In this document: in pieces, positions 28,451 to 37,379 of the stretch
Numbering within the stretch: the first letter of the stretch is position 1
How the letters are laid out: each line of letters starts with the position of its first letter
Source of the DNA: Candidatus Tepidifontimicrobium thermophilum
Lineage (GTDB): Bacteria > Sysuimicrobiota > Sysuimicrobiia > Sysuimicrobiales > Sysuimicrobiaceae
Assembly: GCA_031459915.1 (NCBI GenBank)
Contig: JAVKHO010000019.1
Span: forward strand, 1-54,326
Direction of reading: 5' to 3'
DNA length: 54,326 nt
Made by a program: the position numbers and the translations under genes
Notes under the pieces: generated by a model
Seen by the model: the letters and a program-made list of their open reading frames with translations, nothing else
What the model was told of the DNA's origin: nothing
The model's database searches: none

Positions 28451-28918
28451 GGTCTCGAGGCAACGGGACGTCCGCCCCACGTGGATGCCGTTGGTGACCC
28501 CGCGGACCCCGGGCACCTGCTCCACCGCCTGCTCTGCTCGCTCTCTGTCCTCCACGCTGGTCACGCAGCCGCACAGCGTGACCCAGCCCCGCTCCACGCT
28601 GGTCCGCACCTGCCGGTGCTCCCGCACCGCCCGCTGCAGGGCGCGCCGCACCGCCCGGCACAGCTCCACGTCCGACTCGGGCGCCGTTCCGGAGCCCGGC
28701 AGCTGGACATGATTCACCACGTCCAGCACCCCGGGCACCCGGTGTGCAGCCTCCTGAGCCGCGTGCTTGGCGACCGCGCTGTGCACAGTGCCGGTCAGGA
28801 TGGCGATGCCGTCCCGGACCTCCACCTCCACAGACCGCGGGTCCACCCTCCCGTCCGTGGACAGCTGGCGGACCACCCTGCGGTGGCGCCGGTGGTCAGC
28901 TACCCGTCCTTCGGGCAT
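28439..28918 (-). CDS. Dual BON-domain protein
   Basis: Two repeats of G.(A/V).L.G.V...VPGV..V.N; ATG at 28918 with GAAGG SD. Confidence 0.8.
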   Translation of the reverse strand: MPEGRVADHRRHRRVVRQLSTDGRVDPRSVEVEVRDGIAILTGTVHSAVAKHAAQEAAHRVPGVLDVVNHVQLPGSGTAPESDVELCRAVRRALQRAVREHRQVRTSVERGWVTLCGCVTSVEDRERAEQAVEQVPGVRGVTNGIHVGRTSRCLETSRR

Positions 28919-28997
28919 GGCACCTTCCCGCGAGCGGTGAGTTGCGTGGCGCTGCCAGCATACACCCGGCCGGCCAAGCAGTCCAGACTGACCGCGG

Positions 28998-29699
28998 TCA
29001 GCGGATCCAGGAGAACGGGTCGCCGGTACTCGCCGGGCGGCGGTCGTCGAACCGGTACACGAGCTGGCTGCGTACCCCCACCACGCCGTCGATGCCGGCG
29101 ACCCAGCGTTCCACCAGCTCCTTGTCGGACCAGCGGTCCACCGAGCCCTCGAGGTACACCACCCCGCCCTCCACCCGGACCTGCACGGTGGCAGGGTCGA
29201 TCCACAGCTCACGGAGGAGCGCCTCACGCACCGCCCGCTCCAGCTCCGAGTCCTCCCGGGCCAGCGCCTTGATCACGTCCGCCCGGCTGACGATGCCGAC
29301 CACCTGCCCGCCGCGGACCACGGGCAGCCGGTTCACCCGGTGTCGGGCCATAAGCCGCGCGGCCTCCCGGAGGGGCGTGTCCTCCTCCGCGGTGATGACC
29401 GGCCAGGTCATCAGGTCCCTGGCCACGACACCTTCCCTCTTCCGCAACCCCTGGGGGTCAGGCCGGAACCACCAGCCGCCCTTTTCCTCGGGCAGCTCCT
29501 TGTACAGGAGGTCCGCTTCCGTCAGGATGCCCACCAGCTCCCCGGACTCCGAAACCACAGGCACGCCGCTGATCCGGTGGCGGAGCAGCACTTCCGCGAC
29601 CTCTTTTACGGGAGTGTCTTCCTTCACAGTCACCACGGGGCTGGTCATCACGTCCCGGACCCGCAACCGACCCACGGCTCGCTCCTGCACACCAACCAT
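28998..29699 (-). CDS. CBS-pair + BON domain protein (paralog of 18563..19285)
   Basis: Same architecture and long shared peptides. Confidence 0.85.
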   Translation of the reverse strand: MVGVQERAVGRLRVRDVMTSPVVTVKEDTPVKEVAEVLLRHRISGVPVVSESGELVGILTEADLLYKELPEEKGGWWFRPDPQGLRKREGVVARDLMTWPVITAEEDTPLREAARLMARHRVNRLPVVRGGQVVGIVSRADVIKALAREDSELERAVREALLRELWIDPATVQVRVEGGVVYLEGSVDRWSDKELVERWVAGIDGVVGVRSQLVYRFDDRRPASTGDPFSWIR

Positions 29700-29724
29700 G
29701 GCTTTCCTCCTTCCTCCCACCGTC

Positions 29725-29849
29725 AGGCTACGTGAGAGGAGCTCCGCCCACCATCGGGCCGCGGCCGGAAATCAGGATCGGGCCGCGGCTGGATGGGTCG
29801 GGGCAGTGACCCGAAGTATGCTGGTCCCGGACGGACCCGAGGGGTCCAC
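29725..29849. promoter_or_regulatory. Divergent promoter with two motif A sites and one motif B site
   Basis: ATCGGGCCGCGG direct repeat at 29753 and 29777; TAGCCT (minus, 29730) and TATGCT (plus, 29817) each 40 nt from a site; ACGGACCCGAGGGGTCCAC at 29831. Confidence 0.6.
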
Positions 29850-29866
29850 GGAGGGGAGGGAGGACG

Positions 29867-30244
29867 GTGGAAGCGCGGGACATCATGAGCAAGGACGTGA
29901 TCGTGCTGACGCCGGACATGGACGTGCAGGAAGCCGCCGACCTTCTGGTGCGCTACCGGATCCACGGGGCACCCGTGGTGGACGCCAACGGGATGCTGGT
30001 GGGGATGGTGAGCCTGGTGGACCTGGTGGGGAAGGCAGGCGGCACGGTGCGCGAGATCATGACGCCTGACCCCGTGGTGGCGATGGAGGACACACCGGTG
30101 GAGGAGCTGGCGCAGCTGATGCTGGACGAGATGGTGCGGCGGGTGCCCATCGTGCGGGGCGGCCAGGTGGTGGGGATCGTGAGCGCCAGCGACGTCGTGC
30201 GGGTGTACCTGGACGAGGTGCGGGGCCGGCGGACGGCCGGGTAG
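29867..30244 (+). CDS. Stand-alone CBS-pair protein
   Basis: ARDIMS, IHGAPVVD, VRRVPIV, GIVSASD. Confidence 0.88.
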   Translation: MEARDIMSKDVIVLTPDMDVQEAADLLVRYRIHGAPVVDANGMLVGMVSLVDLVGKAGGTVREIMTPDPVVAMEDTPVEELAQLMLDEMVRRVPIVRGGQVVGIVSASDVVRVYLDEVRGRRTAG

Positions 30245-30269
30245 GATAGGGCGACCGCGGACGGGCGGC

Positions 30270-30752
30270 TTATAGGACGATGTCCTGCGTGGCGTACCAC
30301 CGCCGGAGCACGAAGATCTGCGCTGCGTGGTAGGAGGTGTGGGTGCTCAAGTCCACCAGGGCTTCCCTCCAGGTCACGGAGTTTTCGGGCGCGGGGGCGT
30401 CCAGGACGCCGGGGTCGGCGTTGCGGATCGCTTCGGCACACTCCAGGTGCGCCTGTTCCACCTCGCGACGGATCTTTTCCCAGGCCTCCGGGGTGGGTGG
30501 CACCTCCGGCCAGTCCTGGCCAGGGTGGGGGAAGCGGTCGGGCTGCAGGTGGTGGGCGGTCCACCGGCACCAGTAGGCAGCGTGGGACGCCAGCTCCGCG
30601 ATGGTCCGCTGGCTGGTGACGGGCCTCCAGTGCGCCTCAAGAGGGCTGACCCCCTCCAGGGCCTGTGCCAGGCCTCGTCCTGCCCAGTTGCCTTCGCGAT
30701 AGGTGCGGACCAGTCGGTCCGCCAGCCACGCCAGCTCCGTCCGTGCGTCCAC
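30270..30752 (-). CDS. DinB-family protein
   Basis: TIAELASH and HTSYHAAQI metal-binding His pattern. Confidence 0.85.
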   Translation of the reverse strand: MDARTELAWLADRLVRTYREGNWAGRGLAQALEGVSPLEAHWRPVTSQRTIAELASHAAYWCRWTAHHLQPDRFPHPGQDWPEVPPTPEAWEKIRREVEQAHLECAEAIRNADPGVLDAPAPENSVTWREALVDLSTHTSYHAAQIFVLRRWYATQDIVL

Positions 30753-31025
30753 GGTGTGACACCTCCCGCGCGTAGGTTCTGCACCCTTACCCGTGGTCCT
30801 GCGCTGCCGGCAGACCTGACCCCTTGCATTCTTCCGGTGCGGCGCCCGGAAACGGCTGGTCTTGGAGGGGATCCGCCGCGTACGGGACCGAGCGGCTCTG
30901 TCCGCCTCCGGTCCTGCCGTGCTCGGCAGCTGGGGCCGTGGAGGCTCCGAGGACGGTCTGTCTCGCGGACGCGGCAGCGTTCGCTTCAGCCGAGACGGGC
31001 CGGCCGGAGTGGCGACGCGGAACCG

Positions 31026-31634
31026 CTAGACCAGACCCAGCTCCCGGAGCACCTCCAGCACGGGCGGGAGGGGGTCCCGCCACAGCTCCTCCACCCGTAG
31101 CCAGAGTCCTTCGATCACCTCGGACCGGTACACCCCGTCCGGGCCTGGCCGGCGGCGGTCATACCGACCGTCCGGGCCCAGCGCGAAAAAGTCCGCCCGC
31201 TGCCAGTCCGGGTCCAGGATCCAGTACTCCCGCACCCCGCCCGCCTCGTACTCCGCCAGCTTCTCGCCCCGGTCGCGCAGCCGGGTCTCGGGGGAGACCA
31301 CCTCCACCACCAGGTCCGCGGGGCCGTCGAGGTAGCGGTCGCGGAGCCGCCCCAGATTTTCTGAGGCCACGAACAGGAGGTCCGGCTCCCTGCCGGGCAA
31401 GTCTGGCCCCGTCTTCATCTGGAACGGCGCGCTTAACACGAGCCCCAGGCGGTGGGCCTCGACGTAAGCACGCAGGATCGCCGTAAGGAAGTCCGCGAGG
31501 TCCTGGTGCCTCCTCGACGCAGGGCTCAGCAGCACCACCTCCCCGTCCACCCACTCCGCCCTCGTGTCCTCGTCACACCACGCGAGGAACTCCTCGTACG
31601 TGAGTGCCCGGGGCGGCAGCTCGAGCTTGCCCAT
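31026..31634 (-). CDS. Uma2-family putative endonuclease
   Basis: TYEEFL, EWVDGEV, EPDLLFV, DLVVEVVSP, GVREYWILDP. Confidence 0.9.
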   Translation of the reverse strand: MGKLELPPRALTYEEFLAWCDEDTRAEWVDGEVVLLSPASRRHQDLADFLTAILRAYVEAHRLGLVLSAPFQMKTGPDLPGREPDLLFVASENLGRLRDRYLDGPADLVVEVVSPETRLRDRGEKLAEYEAGGVREYWILDPDWQRADFFALGPDGRYDRRRPGPDGVYRSEVIEGLWLRVEELWRDPLPPVLEVLRELGLV

Positions 31635-31700
31635 AGCCCATCCCTCCCTACCCATGCTAACCCATGTGGCTCAGCCTACGAGATTGCGGCAGTGGGCGGT

Positions 31701-32807
31701 TCAAGCTTCGGGACCCGACCGCGCGGTGCGGACGGTGTTGCGCAGAAATAGCAGGACCGCCGCGGTGTTCAGCACCACAGCCCAGCGCCGCCCTGGTCCC
31801 CATGCCGCGAGGCCGGCGGCAACCCGCAGAAGCAGCGAGAAGTGCAGGAGCAGGAGGTGGCCGTAGAAACGGGGTGAGAACCGGATCTCGCCGCCCAGGA
31901 CCGAGGGCCAGATGATGGGCGCGTGGGCGAACACCATGCTGAACACGAACCCGAGGAACAGTGCGTGTATCTCCGCGTCGTAGCGCAGACCTGCGGGGAC
32001 TCCGGGGCTCGAAAGCCACAGGAGCCCCGCCACGAGCAGCCAGGCGTATGCCGAGAGCAACGCCACGGCCGCGAACCGCGGAAGACCCGGGGTGCGCACA
32101 GTACGCCGGGCCACGTCGAACCGCGCAAGCCACAGGGCCCAGGCTACAAACGCCGCGCCCGAAAGGCGCAGCCCGAGGACGGGCTGCGCCAGGGAGACGA
32201 GCGACGCCGCGCCGTGCAGCAATGCGATCCCTGCAAAGGCGTGCCAGCCCCAGCGGGGTAGCCGCGTCAACCGGCTGAGCTCCAGCCGCTCGCCCACGAT
32301 GGTGAGCACCAGAAACCCGGCCCAGCAGGTCACCCACGCAGCTACGGGGAGTCCCGCACCCCAGGCGAGGGTACCGAGGAGCCACGCGGCGCCGCCTGCC
32401 GCCATGACCGTGGTGAAGGGAGCAGGCTGGAGCCGGAGGACGTACAGGTACGCGCAGCTGAGTGCCGCGCCCGAGAGGGCGAACAGCAGGACCGCTAGCT
32501 GGCGCGGAAGTCCCGCGAGTAGCGCCACGGCTCCCACTCCCGAGAGGGCCGGAGCCAGGAACGTCCACGTACGCCGGAGTGCTGCGGCACGCTCCAGCGC
32601 GATGAGGGTTCCGAGGAACCCGCTGATCATGAGGGCCGCATGGTCCGCCAGCCCTGCTCCGGCCAGTTCCGGGAGCGGCCAGCCGGCCCGCCGGAGCCCC
32701 ACCCACATGCCCACCAGGAGCGACAGGCCCCCGGGCACGAGCAGCGGGAGCCGCGCTGTACGCCGGCTTTCCGCGTGTACCGCGCCGGTACCCGTCGCCG
32801 CGCGCAC
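31701..32807 (-). CDS. Polytopic membrane protein, NnrS-like
   Basis: About 12 TM segments; HAALMISGFLGTLIALER, TIVGERLEL, HALFLGFVFSMVFAHAP; GTG at 32807 with AGGAGG SD. Confidence 0.6.
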   Translation of the reverse strand: MRAATGTGAVHAESRRTARLPLLVPGGLSLLVGMWVGLRRAGWPLPELAGAGLADHAALMISGFLGTLIALERAAALRRTWTFLAPALSGVGAVALLAGLPRQLAVLLFALSGAALSCAYLYVLRLQPAPFTTVMAAGGAAWLLGTLAWGAGLPVAAWVTCWAGFLVLTIVGERLELSRLTRLPRWGWHAFAGIALLHGAASLVSLAQPVLGLRLSGAAFVAWALWLARFDVARRTVRTPGLPRFAAVALLSAYAWLLVAGLLWLSSPGVPAGLRYDAEIHALFLGFVFSMVFAHAPIIWPSVLGGEIRFSPRFYGHLLLLHFSLLLRVAAGLAAWGPGRRWAVVLNTAAVLLFLRNTVRTARSGPEA

Positions 32808-32815
32808 GGGCCCTC

Positions 32816-33529
32816 CTACGTCCCGACGGGTTTGCCAATCCGCACCCGCCACACCTCCGGTCCTTGCTCCAGGTACTGCCACGTGAACTGCCCCGGCAGC
32901 TCGGCGGCGAACTGGTAGTAGAGGGGCTTGGGGTCGTGGTCGTTCACGAGTTCGAAGGCCTCACCAGGACCCAGCGCGTGGAATGTCTGGAAGATGAGGG
33001 GGTGGCGCTGTGGCGGAGGCAGCCGGCGCACGTCCACCACCCTCGAGCGGGTCTGGTCCGCCGGGGCAGCCGGCTGCTCGTGCATGGCATCCAGCAAAGC
33101 GTCCTGTTGCGCCTCCGAGAGGTGTGCCTCCACCAGGGGCAGGTACACCCGTTCCTCCTTCTCCAGGTGGGCGTCGAACAACGCCAGAAGACCCAACGTC
33201 TCCCGGCGCAGGTGGTCGGGCCAGGCGAACTCACCGCGCCGGGAGTCCGCCACCGCTGCCTCGATGCGCCGCACGTGGTCCTCGATATAGGTGTGGTCGA
33301 GCCGCATGGTGGCGGTGGGATCCTCGTGTAACCGTAGCAGGGGGGCCACCGCGGGGTACAGGTGTTGCTCCTCCGCACGGGCGTGGGGGAGCAGCTCTTC
33401 CCGAAGGAACCGGACCAGGCCCTCGAGGTCGGCCCGCTGGGGGTCGCGCCCGACTTCGGAAGCCAGCCGGTCCAGGCGCTCCTTTAGCTGGCGGTGGTGC
33501 GCTCGGAATGCCTCTCCAAGTCTCGACAT
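32816..33529 (-). CDS. Hemerythrin (HHE) + DUF2249 fusion protein
   Basis: HH...PHARAEE...DH...HLEKEE; C-terminal DVR...RHPLIF...NDHDPKPLYYQF...GPEVW. Confidence 0.85.
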   Translation of the reverse strand: MSRLGEAFRAHHRQLKERLDRLASEVGRDPQRADLEGLVRFLREELLPHARAEEQHLYPAVAPLLRLHEDPTATMRLDHTYIEDHVRRIEAAVADSRRGEFAWPDHLRRETLGLLALFDAHLEKEERVYLPLVEAHLSEAQQDALLDAMHEQPAAPADQTRSRVVDVRRLPPPQRHPLIFQTFHALGPGEAFELVNDHDPKPLYYQFAAELPGQFTWQYLEQGPEVWRVRIGKPVGT

Positions 33530-33534
33530 CTCCC

Positions 33535-34581
33535 TCACCTCCGAACGGGTTCGAGCTGCGGGGCCAGCGTCCGGCCTAGCTGCCGGAACCGGCGCGAGAC
33601 CTCAAGCTCCGGGTGCGCCCACACCACGGGCTCCCCCCGGTCCGCGCACTCCCGCAGCAGGGGGTCCAGGGGGATCTCCGAGAGCAGGGGAATCCCCAGT
33701 TTGTCCGCCGCCTGGCGACCCCCGCCGTGCCCAAAGGGGTAGAGCCGCTCCCCCGCTGGGTCGGGGCGGTACCAGGAGAAGTTCTCCACGACCCCCGCCA
33801 CCCTCAGCCGGACTTTCCCCGCCATCCGGGCCGCCCGGAGCGCCACCTCCACCGCGGCGGGCTGCGGGGTGGTGACCACCACCCACTCTGCGTAGGGGAG
33901 CTCCTGCGCTACGGTCAACGCCACGTCCCCGGTACCCGGCGGGAGGTCCAGGAGGAGGACGTCCAGGTCCTCCCACGCCACCTCGTGCAGGAAGGTCCGC
34001 AGGGCCTTGTGCAGCATGGGACCGCGCCAGATCACGGCCTCCTCTGCATCCGCCAGCATCCCCATGGTCACCACCTGGACCCCGTTGCGGCGGGCCGGCA
34101 CGATGCGGCCCTGCCGGACTTCCGGCCGCTCTCGAACCCCCAGCATGCGGGCGATGCTGAACCCGTAGACGTCCGCGTCCAGGACGCCCACCCGCAGGCC
34201 GTCCAGGGCCAGGGCGGCTGCGAGGTTGGTGGTGATCGACGACTTCCCCACGCCGCCCTTGCCGCTCGCGACGCCGAACACCCGGGTGGCCAGGCGGGGC
34301 CTGCGGTCCGCAGCCGTTGGGGTTGGGGCGCGGGTGGCCGGCGGTGCGACCCGGACCACCTCCACAGTCCGCACGCCGCCAAGCTCCAGAACGGCCCGGC
34401 GGACCTCCCGTTCCAGGATCTCCTGGGTGGAGGAGTCGAGGTGCTGGATCCGGAGGGCGATCCCGACCACGTCCCCGGAGGCGGTGACGTTCTGCACGAG
34501 GCCGAAGGACACGATGTCCCGGCTGTAGCCGGGGTAGCGCACCCTCCGCAGCGCCTCCCACACGCGGTCGCGGAGCTGCAT
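33535..34581 (-). CDS. mrp: Mrp/ApbC (NBP35) family ATPase with N-terminal DUF59 domain
   Basis: SGKGGVGKS, DADVYG, WRGPM, DLPPGTGD, VTTPQ; CXXC absent. Confidence 0.88.
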   Translation of the reverse strand: MQLRDRVWEALRRVRYPGYSRDIVSFGLVQNVTASGDVVGIALRIQHLDSSTQEILEREVRRAVLELGGVRTVEVVRVAPPATRAPTPTAADRRPRLATRVFGVASGKGGVGKSSITTNLAAALALDGLRVGVLDADVYGFSIARMLGVRERPEVRQGRIVPARRNGVQVVTMGMLADAEEAVIWRGPMLHKALRTFLHEVAWEDLDVLLLDLPPGTGDVALTVAQELPYAEWVVVTTPQPAAVEVALRAARMAGKVRLRVAGVVENFSWYRPDPAGERLYPFGHGGGRQAADKLGIPLLSEIPLDPLLRECADRGEPVVWAHPELEVSRRFRQLGRTLAPQLEPVRR

Positions 34582-34947
34582 CTACCCCTCCCAGCCCAGC
34601 TGGCGCTTGGCTTCCGCGGACATCATGTCCGGGTGCCAGGGCGGGTCCCACACGAGCCGCACGTCCACCTCCCTGACCCAGGGGACGTCCCGGCGCACGG
34701 AGAAGTGGATGGCGTCCAGCACGTAGCTGTGCAGGGGACAGGCGGGCGTGGTCATGGTGACCGCCACGCGCACCATCTCGTCCTCTACGGTCACGTCGTA
34801 CACGAGCCCCAGGTCCACGATGTTGATCCCGAGCTCGGGGTCCACGACCTCACGCAGAGCCCCCCACACCTGGCGGTCCATCGTGCCGGTCGCTTCGATG
34901 GGTTCTCCGGCGGCTTGCGGCACAGACTCCTGACGCGGCTCAGACAT
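34582..34947 (-). CDS. SufT/PaaD-like (DUF59) metal-sulfur cluster assembly factor
   Basis: DPELGINIVDLGLVY, MTTPACP, WDPPW motifs. Confidence 0.9.
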   Translation of the reverse strand: MSEPRQESVPQAAGEPIEATGTMDRQVWGALREVVDPELGINIVDLGLVYDVTVEDEMVRVAVTMTTPACPLHSYVLDAIHFSVRRDVPWVREVDVRLVWDPPWHPDMMSAEAKRQLGWEG

Positions 34948-35395
34948 GGCTCCCCATCCCCAGCAGCCCCCGGCGCTGCAGGTAGTCGCGGCCCAGGCCT
35001 TCCAGGGCCGAGGCGGGCAGCTCCTCCTCGGCCATCGGGAAGACCGCCTCCTCTTCTGCGAAGAAGTGCTGTTTGGCCAGCCCGGCTACGTTGAGGAGCT
35101 GCTCGCGGGCGCGTTGGAGGTCGCCCGTGCGGCCGATTTCGTCCAGGGCGCCGTCGATGTCGTCGTGCATGGTCCGCATTCCCCGCACCGCGGACTCCGC
35201 GCGCGGGGTGGTTCGCTCCAGCGGGTCGAACAGGAGGTCATCCTCCACCTGTGCGTGGGAGCGGATCGCCTCCGACAGCAGGTCACGGTACGCTCGGACC
35301 TCCTCCAGCCCGGCGTGCGGGGCCAGCTCCTCCACGCGGTCCAGCAGCGCGTACAGGACGCCGTGCTCGCCCAGCAGGTAGGTCACGATGGACAT
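34940..35395 (-). CDS. Hemerythrin-like (HHE) protein
   Basis: GEH...SHAQVED...MHDDI...QHFFAEEEAVF; ATG at 35395 within ORF 34940..36040. Confidence 0.8.
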   Translation of the reverse strand: MSIVTYLLGEHGVLYALLDRVEELAPHAGLEEVRAYRDLLSEAIRSHAQVEDDLLFDPLERTTPRAESAVRGMRTMHDDIDGALDEIGRTGDLQRAREQLLNVAGLAKQHFFAEEEAVFPMAEEELPASALEGLGRDYLQRRGLLGMGSHV

Positions 35396-35589
35396 GGGCC
35401 TGCCTCCGTGAGTTCGCGCAGGAACGTCTCCAGAGGGACGCGGTACACTCGCGCGACTTCCTCCAACGTCTCGAAGGGTGCCAGGGCGCAGCCGGGACAG
35501 GCCATCCGTCTGCGCAGGAACACCCACACGGCTCCGGGCCGCTCCCGGAGGACTTCGGAAACCTTGCGCGCCGGGTCCACGGGGACCAT
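35383..35589 (-). CDS. DUF1858 (ScdA-N-like) small protein
   Basis: V.EVL...P...VF...MACPGC....ETLEEVA pattern. Confidence 0.75.
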   Translation of the reverse strand: MVPVDPARKVSEVLRERPGAVWVFLRRRMACPGCALAPFETLEEVARVYRVPLETFLRELTEAGPCPS

Positions 35590-35627
35590 TGCGGCCCCAT
35601 TTCAACCCGGCCCGCGGTGGGTTGTCT

Positions 35628-35641
35628 TTGCGCGGGGTCAA
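35628..35641 (-). promoter_or_regulatory. Crp/Fnr (DNR/NnrR-type) box TTGCG-N4-GTCAA
   Basis: Resembles TTGAT-N4-ATCAA; centred about 45 nt upstream of the DUF1858 ATG. Confidence 0.55.
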
Positions 35642-36498
35642 CCGACGGAGGCCCGCTTTGAAGGTGGCTCCGCCGCAGCCGGGAAGCTGTGCCGGACCAC
35701 CGCGACTTTCTCCGCAGCGTCCTGGAAGAAGTAGCCGGAGCCGCCTTCCCCCACGATGCGCACCAGGCGCGAACCGTCCAGCACCCGGATCCCGGCCAGC
35801 ACGTGCACCCCGCGGTCGAAGAAGGGCACGGGCCACAGGGCGGTGGTGGGGCCGGCCAGGACCAGCCTTCGGGCCCGCCTGCTGGCTTCCAGCAGGTCGT
35901 CCACGCCTCCCTCCACCAGGGTGGAGCCCGTGAGCAGCACCACTGTGGCGGCGCTCAAGACCTCCCGCGCGTGTTCGGGAGACCTCCACAGGGGCCTTTC
36001 GTCCTCCCGGAGGGCCTCCGGGTGGCGGTCCACCACCCACAGCTCCGCCACCCGCCCCTTAAGGGCGCGCACGAACGGCGCGAACGCCCCCACCATGGCC
36101 ACCCGGTCCTCTGGATGGACGTCCGCCGCTTCCAGGGCGTCCGCTCCCGGCACCATCGTGCCCCCGGGAACTCCGAATCGCTCCACCGCCAGGGAGGACA
36201 GGGCGTTCAGGGCCGCCACCCCCACGGCCCGGCGGAGGGGCACGGGAGAGGTGGCGTACTCCGCCAGCTCCCACGCGCCGCATCCCGCCATCCGGCCCGC
36301 GGGCGGCGCGCACGCCGCCGACCGGGGGCAGCACACCGCGTCTACCAGGCCTCGCGGGGTGAAGGCCACGCCCACGTGGCCGGTGGACAGCTGCACCGCG
36401 GTGTAGAACACGCCGACCCGGACATCCCGTGCCGTCAGGCCGGCGTCCGGAAGGCGCCGCCGTAGCTCCTCCGTCCAGGCCCGTATCAACGTGGTCAC
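35638..36498 (-). CDS. DUF364 Rossmann-like putative heavy-metal chelation protein
   Basis: VGVFYTAV, AVGVAALNA, VAMVGAFAP, TGSTLV, GPTT motifs. Confidence 0.8.
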   Translation of the reverse strand: MTTLIRAWTEELRRRLPDAGLTARDVRVGVFYTAVQLSTGHVGVAFTPRGLVDAVCCPRSAACAPPAGRMAGCGAWELAEYATSPVPLRRAVGVAALNALSSLAVERFGVPGGTMVPGADALEAADVHPEDRVAMVGAFAPFVRALKGRVAELWVVDRHPEALREDERPLWRSPEHAREVLSAATVVLLTGSTLVEGGVDDLLEASRRARRLVLAGPTTALWPVPFFDRGVHVLAGIRVLDGSRLVRIVGEGGSGYFFQDAAEKVAVVRHSFPAAAEPPSKRASVG

Positions 36499-36593
36499 GG
36501 TGACCCCTCCTTTCGACCTCCCAGCTTCTGTGTAGCACCCCTGGCGCGCGACCGCGAGTTGCCCGCGGCGCCTGCAGCCGGGATGATAGGGGC

Positions 36594-37310
36594 GTGGGTG
36601 TCGGCCTGCTGCAGCGGTGCGTGCTGTTCGAAGGCCTTCCCCGGGAGGCCCTGGAGGAGGCGCAGGGAGAGGGCCGACGCGTGGTCCGGGTGCGGGGCGA
36701 GTGTTTCTTCCAGCAGGGGGAGCCCGCGCGGCACGCCTACGTTCTTCTGTCCGGGCGGGTCAAGCTGCAGGCGGTGCACCCGGACGGCCGGGTGGTCATC
36801 CACCGCACCGCGGGCCCCGGTGAGGTGTTCGGCGGGCTCGCGCTGCTGGGGGAGCAGACCTACCCGGTGTCCGCGGAGGCGTGGGAGGTGTGCGAGGCGC
36901 TGGCGTGGACGGGCGAGCAGCTGCGCCAGATGGCGCTGCAGCACCCGCAACTGGCCCTGAACCTGCTGCGGATGGCGGCTGAGCGCGTGCGGGACCTGCA
37001 GGCGCGGGTGGAGGAGCTGGTGGCCGACCGGGTCGAGCGGCGGATCGCGCGGGCGGTACTCCGCCTGGTCCGGCAGGCGGGCCGGCGGACGGCGGAGGGC
37101 GTGCTCATCGACCTGCCGCTGTCGCGGGAGGACCTGGCGAACCTCACGGGCACCACCCTGTTCACCGTGAGCCGGGTGTTGAGCCGGTGGGAGGAGCGGG
37201 GGATCGTGGCCGCGGGCCGGCAGCGCCTGGTGGTGCGGGTGCCCCACGCCTTCGCGGAGATCGCGGAGGACCTCGAGCAGCCCCCGAACCCCTCGGCGCG
37301 GCCGGGGTGA
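36594..37310 (+). CDS. Crp/Fnr family regulator (DNR/NnrR/HcpR-like)
   Basis: FFQQGEP, GRVKL, GEVFG, VERRIA, HTH GTTLFTVSRVL; no FNR N-terminal Cys cluster. Confidence 0.9.
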   Translation: MGVGLLQRCVLFEGLPREALEEAQGEGRRVVRVRGECFFQQGEPARHAYVLLSGRVKLQAVHPDGRVVIHRTAGPGEVFGGLALLGEQTYPVSAEAWEVCEALAWTGEQLRQMALQHPQLALNLLRMAAERVRDLQARVEELVADRVERRIARAVLRLVRQAGRRTAEGVLIDLPLSREDLANLTGTTLFTVSRVLSRWEERGIVAAGRQRLVVRVPHAFAEIAEDLEQPPNPSARPG

Positions 37311-37329
37311 TCCGTCCGAAGGAAGCCTT

Positions 37330-37343
37330 TTGGCCGAGATCAA
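37330..37343 (+). promoter_or_regulatory. Crp/Fnr box TTGGC-N4-ATCAA
   Basis: 8/10 match to TTGAT-N4-ATCAA; TAAGGT at 37365; GTG start at 37380. Confidence 0.6.
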
Positions 37344-37379
37344 AGACGTCCGGACCCCACGCGGTAAGGTGAGGGTGCG

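Noticed and set aside
30753..31025. Possible gene or ncRNA between dinB and uma2
   Set aside because: No convincing ORF, motif or structure recognised
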